The notes beneath the pieces are model-generated. The model was not told the origin of the DNA. It did no database searches and saw only the letters and a list, made by a program, of their open reading frames with translations. Positions 57,401 through 64,000 of a DNA stretch of 64,000 nt are shown here, one piece after another. This DNA is from the human T2T-CHM13v2.0 reference genome, Homo sapiens. How positions within the stretch are numbered: position 1 is the stretch's first letter; each line of letters opens with the position of its first letter. Position numbers and translations under genes: made by a program. Location of the stretch: assembly GCF_009914755.1 (NCBI RefSeq), contig NC_060944.1; one strand, 5' to 3'.

Positions 57401-58134
57401 TCATATTTTTAAATGGAAAAAACAAGTCACAGATAGTTTTGTTAGCACTGTAAAATAGTCTTTAACATTCATTTGTTTTATGTTCTATTTGTCTCAAAAA
57501 AATGTGCTTTGTTCTTTCCCATACTTTCTGATATCAGGATAGGAAATCAATACCAAACAAAACATTTCCATTCATTTTTTTCCACAGCTTGGTTTTCACT
57601 GTTGTTGCCTAACATTTATTGTTGTATTTACTCTTTCTCTCTGTTTTCCATCACATAAAAGTAACTTTGTGTTCTTTATCTCTTCTAAGAAAACTTGGTA
57701 ATGAGTCTTTAATGTGACGCCTGGACCACCCTTGTTTTGATTTTGTGTTATGGGTGTTCTTTTGTGTGATCGTTCTCATGGAGCGTCCTTGTGAAGCTGG
57801 GCTTTTCCAGTGGTTTTTCAAAATGGAAATATATATTTAACAAACCAAACACAAAATGACCTTGCTCCAGGAATGCATCATTTCTGAGAAAACACTACCT
57901 CTTCCAACTAGAGATTGTGAATATTACTCATATTATCCTTTACTCCCTTTTATTAAAGCTGTATTTTTTTTTACACATTTGTATAAATGGGGTAATGAAA
58001 TGTGAAACTAAGTGATTGCCTACCAATTACAATTGGTGTTAACGATGCTACTGGGAGGCCACCCCTACAGTGGCTGCGCGGAGTTTAGGGACTTCCTAGC
58101 TTTGCTAAGTTACATGGGATTTCCTACGTACTAA

Positions 58135-58988
58135 ATGGAGGTGGGGGACTGGTCCGAGGACGCAGCGGTGCCGCCCTGGCCTGACGTGGAAGCTACAGAC
58201 CGGGCCCCAGGCACTGCGCGGCCGAGAGACGGAGGCGGGCGCACGATGGCGGACAACACCGCAGCATCCAGCGAGTCACCGCCAGGGGCACGCGAACCCC
58301 AGGACCTCGGCCACAAGCCCTGCCAGACGGGCCGCGTGGCGGGCTTCCGTCCCCGGACACAACCGCGATGCGCGCCCGGCAGGCGGGGGGCGGGCGGGAG
58401 AGGAGGACTGTGGCTTGGAGGGGTGTTGGGGAGGAGGGGCGCTGGAGCAGCGGTGTGCCGGTTGCCGGGCAGCCACCAGGGGCGGAGGCGAACCACGGCG
58501 ATCGGGACGCGCTCCCCCACCATCTCCCCGGCAGACCCTTCCTACTTGCCTGCCTGCACCCCCAACAAACCCACACTACCCACGACGCGCGACGACGACG
58601 GCACGAGACCTTCCACCCCGCCAGGGCCAACGAACCCTGCACCACGAGCTGCGTGAGGCGCGAGGGAGCCCCGGAGGGAGGAACCAGGACCGCGGTGGTG
58701 GCCACGGGAACTCGGCCCCAGCCGGCTCTCTTCCCTCTGTTTTCGCGGGTGGCAGCGCCACCCTCTCTCGCTTCCTCACAGCTAGGAGCCCCCCTTCCCC
58801 ATGCCACCCAATGCGTGACCACACAGGACCTGCGGGGGGAGGGAGAAGGGGCGGGCATGGCGGCAGAGGAGGGCGGACGTGGCCAGTCTGCACTTGAGGG
58901 GACGGAGGGCCCCAGCAGGCCATGCCAGGGAATCCCCAGCCTTGCACCCCGAGGAGCCCGGAGGCACCCCCGGGGACTATTGATCGGC
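58135..58988 (-). pseudogene. rDNA ITS2 remnant, truncated before 28S
   Basis: Very GC-rich sequence immediately downstream of the 5.8S copy (minus strand gccgatcaat..ccccgggggtgcctccgggctcctcggggtg). Confidence 0.82.
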
Positions 58989-59143
58989 AAGCGACGCTCA
59001 GACAGACATAGCCCTGGGAGGAACCCGGGCCACAAGTGCATTCGAAGTATGGATGATCAATGTGTCCTGCAATTCACATTAGTTATCACAGCTACCTGCG
59101 TTCTTCATCAACGCAGAAGCCCAATAATCCATGGCTAAAAGTC
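58989..59143 (-). pseudogene. 5.8S rRNA pseudogene (RNA5-8SP family)
   Basis: Reverse complement of 5.8S (gact..gatgaagaacgcag..aatgtgaattgcaggacacattgatc..ctgtctgagcgtcgctt). By eye against the recalled sequence: about 20 substitutions and one deletion, many at CpG. Confidence 0.95.
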
Positions 59144-60118
59144 ATACAAGGTGGATTTGGCGAGGGCGCTCCCAACACCGGGAGGCCCTACTGGCACAAC
59201 AGGTCCCCCAGAGGGTTTACCTCAGGCCGGCCATTCAGACAGCAAGGGGACCAGACTCCAGAGAGGGGTCGGAAGGTTTCACAACACAGGGAGGAAGTGC
59301 CGACCACGGGGTGGCGAACGCTGACAGCACCCCATGGGCGCCCAGGGATTCCCGACCCCACAGCCCAGGGCAAAGGCCACACACACGGCACGCGCGCGAT
59401 GGCACGACGGCCGCCGGTAAAGCCCCCACCGGCGTCAGCTGCGACACGCAAGTGCGGCGCGGCCCCGGCCGGCGGAGAGGATGGAGTCGGCGGGGGAGGT
59501 GAGAGAGGGGCGGGCCCCTCCCGAACGGACTCCCCCCCCGGCCCACCGCACCCGACCCACGGGCAGACGGGCGACCCCCCAAGGGGTCCTTAAACCTCCG
59601 CGCCAGAACGCGCTAGGTACCTGGAGGGCGGGGGCGGATGAGGAGGGGGACAGGCATCCGGCCCCCTACCCTCGAGACGCCCTAGCGGGAAGGCTGGGGA
59701 GAGCGAGCGGGCCAGGCCGGGCCCGGTGGCGCGGTGTGGCAGAGGCGAGGATGGTGGCAGCAGCAGCGATGGGAACTCGGCCGGCCCCAACGGGAGCCGG
59801 CGGGATGGGGCCGAGACGGCGGGACAGGGCGGGACGAAGGCTCCAGCGGGGAGGGCACCGAGACCCCCACCCCACCGGGACGCCGAGAACCATCCCCGAG
59901 CCCGCCGACACACACGTGGGGGCCATGGCAGGGGGCCGCTCCCCACTGCTCACCAGGCCAGCAAGCCATCCAGCCCGCTCCACGACAGGCACACACGGTT
60001 TCGTCCCCGCACGCGTGTCTCTCTCTCCCCCCTCTCTCCTTCCCGAGTTCTCCGGCTCTCAGGGCAGACGAGGCCCTGTAACAAACAAAGGGCACAACCC
60101 TGCCCACGCACGCGCTGC
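59144..60118 (-). pseudogene. rDNA ITS1 remnant
   Basis: ITS1 landmarks on the minus strand: gagagccggagaactcggga, ccaggtacctagcgcgttc..ggaggtttaa, tgtgaaaccttccgacccctctc, ggagcgccctcgccaaatc. Confidence 0.88.
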
Positions 60119-61890
60119 ACCGGGAACACAGTCTGCCAAGGAGGAAGGACGCGGGGCGGCCCCGACGTTTGGGCAGCGAACGAGAGGCGGACCGCAGTGC
60201 CCGGGGTCTCACCGCCAGCGGCCTTCCAGCACCAAGGCGGCCCCGCGCGGCACCTGGAGCGGCCGACTGGCCTTTGGCGGGCCCGCGGCTCCAACACCGC
60301 CGCCGCCATCGCGGCCAGCGCCCGGAACCCTCTTCCCTGCGTGCGCTGCAGGCCGACCCCAAACCCTCCCGGCGCCCACCAGGCCCATACGGGGCGCCGC
60401 CAACCTGGTCCTGAAGGCGCGCTCCCGGGGACATGGACAACGGACCAACCAGTGGCTGGCGGTGGTGCCACACAAGGCGGAGCCAGGTTTGGTCCCAGAC
60501 AGGGCCACCACAGCCTAAGCCGGTGAGCCGCTTGGGGAGAGAGGATCCGAGGGCGCGGAGGGGGGCACAGACAGGCAAGGCCAGGGACCGCGAGGGCAAG
60601 GGCACCCAGGAGCCGGCAGAGGGGCGGCTCGGGGAGAAACCTGAGGCACGGCCAGGCCACCAGGAAAACACGGCCACGGGATCCCACCGCCACAGACACT
60701 AGGGAGGTCCCCTGGCGCCCCGCCTAGGACTCCGGACGGCCCTCGGCACCCACCGAGACCCGCCTCACGAGCCCGGGTCCCGCCATCGGGACCCAGAAGC
60801 GACCTCAGCCACAAACCCAACTCCAGGGCCACGTTGCTCGTTTCTCTTCTATCCTCCAACCCGGTCAAGCTCCGGGAGACCGGCGCGCCCCCCACATGGG
60901 ACACTTCCCATGGCCAGGAGGCCCAACGCCTTGCTACGCAAACGCGGTGGTCGGCACCGGTCGCTGCTCCTCAGGGGAGCGGGCGGAGAGCCGGCTCGCA
61001 GAGGAGCGGGTCACGCGCCGGACGGAACGCCGGGCACAACCACCGCTCGCGCAGCCTCCCAACCGCTAGGACGCCGGCTCGGCCCGGCGGGATCCTCCCC
61101 CGACTCGGAAGGGGGAGGCGCGGGCCACACTGTAGGTGACGAACGGCCCTCCGTCCCCACCGCTGAGGCCAGGGGAACCCTCGCTCTCCCCACCTCACCC
61201 CGTCCAGGGGGAAGCGGAGGAGGGTCCTCTGCAAGCGAGTCACTATGGCAGCGCTACCATAACGCAGAGAGAGGCGGCAGGCGGGGGGATCCGGTACCCC
61301 CAAAGGCACACCTTTCGGATCGCTAGAGAAGGCTTTCGCACCGAGGGTGATTCACACTCCCCACCCGCCAATCGCCCCTTGTCAGGCCTGCAGACGCGCT
61401 CAGGGACACCTGGGGAAGGGAGGGGGCCCGCGGTACCAGGAAAAATCTGCTTGCGGCAACTTTGAGCCTTTGCGGTCTGGGCGGAGGGCCTGGCCGCTGT
61501 GCGTGGGTTCAATCCCCCAAGTGCCCCTCCGTCCACCCGCCTGCTTTCTCCCAGGCAAAGCACCTCCAAGTAAACCCACACAAAACCTGTCGGAGGCAGA
61601 ACGGTAGCCCCTCGGCGGCAGGCCGGCGCACGCGTCACTGCCCGAGCCCACCGTGGTCGCTCACACGGCTCGCGCGCACCCGCCAGAGGGGAGCACGGGA
61701 CCTGCGCTTGCCAGACCAGGCGGCGCCCTTCCCCGCGTGAGAGGGGCGCGTCTCGCTCAACCGCCTCGACCCCCACACCAACGAGCTCCCTCAGGACCCA
61801 CTCGCAGACATCGAAGTGGTGAACGGAGGAGGGGGAGCTGGGGGTGGGAACCACACACCACCGCTCGGCCTCTGGCACCTGAGTGACAAG
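60119..61890 (-). pseudogene. rDNA 5' ETS central segment
   Basis: 5'ETS landmarks on the minus strand: gagcggtggtgtgt, gggtcctgagggagctcgt, ccctcggtg..agccttctctagcgatc, ttatggtagcgctgcc, gcagaggaccctcctccgcttccccct. Confidence 0.88.
60647..60739 (-). ncRNA. MIR663-family hairpin homologue embedded in the 5'ETS (diverged copy)
   Basis: Minus strand aggcggggcgccaggggacctc..tgtctgtggcggtgggatcccgtggccgtgttttcctggtggcc; homology only, expression unknown. Confidence 0.6.
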
Positions 61891-61910
61891 CTGGCGGGGG
61901 AAAGGGGGGA

Positions 61911-62030
61911 GCCGGGCGTGGTAGGCTCACGCCTGTCATCCCTGCACTTTGGGAGGTGAGGGAAGGTGGATCCCTCGATCCAAGCCTTGGCAACATGGTG
62001 AAACCTCATCTCTAAAAAAAAATACAGAAA
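61911..62030 (+). mobile_element. Alu left-monomer fragment
   Basis: gccgggcgtggtaggctcacgcctgtcatcc..aacatggtgaaacctcatctctaaaaaaaaataca. Confidence 0.8.
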
Positions 62031-62077
62031 CTAACTGGTTTCATAACCTGGACTCAAAGTTAATAAATAGATAAATA

Positions 62078-62388
<311 letters not shown>

Positions 62389-62419
62389 TTAAAATAGAAA
62401 ATTATAAAAAAACGTAGCT

Positions 62420-62717
<298 letters not shown>

Positions 62718-62776
62718 TTAAGCCCTGTATTCTGTTATTTTTACTTCCTACCCTGAGAAGAACATAATACAACTGT

Positions 62777-62818
62777 TGTCTGTCTGCCTGCCTGCCTGCC
62801 TGCCTGCCTGTCTGCCTG
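62777..62818. repeat. (CTGY)n tetranucleotide repeat
   Basis: gtctgtctgcctgcctgcctgcctgcctgcctgtctgcctg. Confidence 0.9.
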
Positions 62819-62819
62819 T

Positions 62820-62986
62820 GACAGGGCCTCACTCTGTCTTTCGCCCAGACTGGAGTGCAGTGACACCATTATGGCTCACTCACTGCAGCCTCAACCTCCC
62901 CAGGGTTAGGCAATTCCTCAAGGGATCCTACGGCCTCGGCCTCCCAAAGTGTTGGGGTTACAGGCGTGAGCCACCATCACCCGGCC
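62820..62986 (-). mobile_element. Antisense Alu with a large internal deletion
   Basis: acagggcctcactctg..ggagtgcagtg..cctcggcctcccaaagtg..acaggcgtgagccacc. Confidence 0.8.
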
Positions 62987-63544
62987 TGAGTTAATACATC
63001 TGGTCTCACTACGTCTTAACCACACACCCATGAAGAACTCAAGTCAAGAGAGAGTCGGTAAAAGACTCTCAGCATTCTCTCCTGAAAGCAGTGAGGTGGA
63101 TGGCGGCCGTGTGTCCCGAGCTCCTGTGGTTTCAGGTGACCACGCGTAGAGGAGAGATTTCCAATGTTTCCAGAGAGGCGCGAGCCGCAGTCATTCGGGG
63201 CATCCGAGCACGAGATGGGGTTTCTGACAGCGACTTAAGGGCCAGGAAGGGCCAGAATCTGCCAAGGCCCATGTCCCAGGGTGGGGTCGATGGAACCCAA
63301 GGTAGAGGGAGTCGGCGGTCCGCAAGGAGAGAGCTCCAGCCCTTGGCCCCACTGTGCAGACCGAATCAGAAGGAAGAGAGTCCTTCATCCTACATGCCAC
63401 ATCCCTCCACTGAACTTGGGAGCAAATCCGTTTTCCAAACATGAGGTGACTCTCACTTTGCAATGGATCACAAGAGGCCGGGCTTTCCAGAGTCTGCAGG
63501 GTAAAGAAGTCATTCTGGCTCGGCCTCCCCCATCCCCTGGTAAC

Positions 63545-64000
63545 TGGTGAGTTTAAATGAGGCCAGGCTGGCTGGGCCAGAGCTCCTACGGCGGGGAGGG
63601 GGGTTGGCAGGGTGGGGGGGTTGCCTGAGGCACTGCAGAAAGTGGGTCTGAGCCTCGAGGATGATGGTGCTGCAGGAACCCGTCCAGGCTGCTATATGGC
63701 AAGCACTAAACCACTATGCTTACCGAGATGAGGTTTTCCTCGCAGAACACCTTCATGCAGAAGTACACTCAGAAGAAGCCATGTTTTTACTGGCGACCTG
63801 TTCTTACCGCCCAGGAAAGGCCTATAAAGCATATAGACTCTTGAAAGGACACAGTTGTCCTACACCGCAATGAAAATACCTGCTTGCAAAATGTTGTGTT
63901 GATCTCAGCAAGCTTGCAGAAGGGGAACAATCTTATCTGGTGGAGTGTTTAATAAGCAGAAAAGTCATGATGATATTGTTACTGAGTTTGGTGATTCAGC
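63545..64000 (+). pseudogene. CDC27P: CDC27 processed pseudogene (5' part; continues past the window end)
   Basis: ATG at 63661 gives M.VLQEPVQAAIWQALNHYAYRD.VFLAE..AEVHSEEA, the CDC27 N-terminus. Intronless, with a TGA at 63871 replacing Cys and an apparent 1-bp deletion near 63928; homology continues (SGGVFNKQKSHDDIVTEFGDS). Confidence 0.95.

Noticed and set aside
58989-59143. Functional 5.8S rRNA gene
   Set aside because: Heavily substituted, with no promoter, 18S or 28S
58131-62009. Long overlapping ORFs (up to 345 aa) on both strands
   Set aside because: Stop-poor GC-rich rDNA spacer; low-complexity R/G/P/A peptides in all frames
62777-62818. (TGCC)n as the rDNA p53-binding RGC element
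   Set aside because: Does not match RRRCWWGYYY half-sites; it is a simple repeat

Overview
Primate (human-like) pericentromeric or acrocentric-type mosaic with no intact protein-coding gene. In order: (1) 1-8.5 kb, interspersed repeats (L1M, an ERVL-type LTR, Tigger1, many Alus, THE1). (2) 8.5-12.1 kb, about 1.5 diverged units of an SST1/NBL2/MER22-like macrosatellite. The first unit is internally deleted; the second has a CCAAT+NRF1 / splice donor / acceptor / ATG layout. (3) 12.1-56.3 kb, divergent monomeric alpha satellite in two layers: an A/B layer with CENP-B boxes (SF5-like) and an older A-only layer. It has a strand inversion at a short L1PA2-like stub, a 4.2 kb L1PA3-like element at the layer boundary, an L1PA4-like insert, several local duplications and a template-switch hairpin. 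(4) 56.3-58.1 kb, non-satellite spacer. (5) 58.1-64 kb, a minus-strand rDNA pseudo-unit (partial ITS2, 5.8S pseudogene, ITS1 fused directly to 5'ETS, then IGS Alus and a CDC27 processed pseudogene). It lacks 18S, 28S and the Pol I promoter. Family and subfamily names come from recalled consensus sequences, not from a database search, and the chromosome cannot be fixed from sequence alone.
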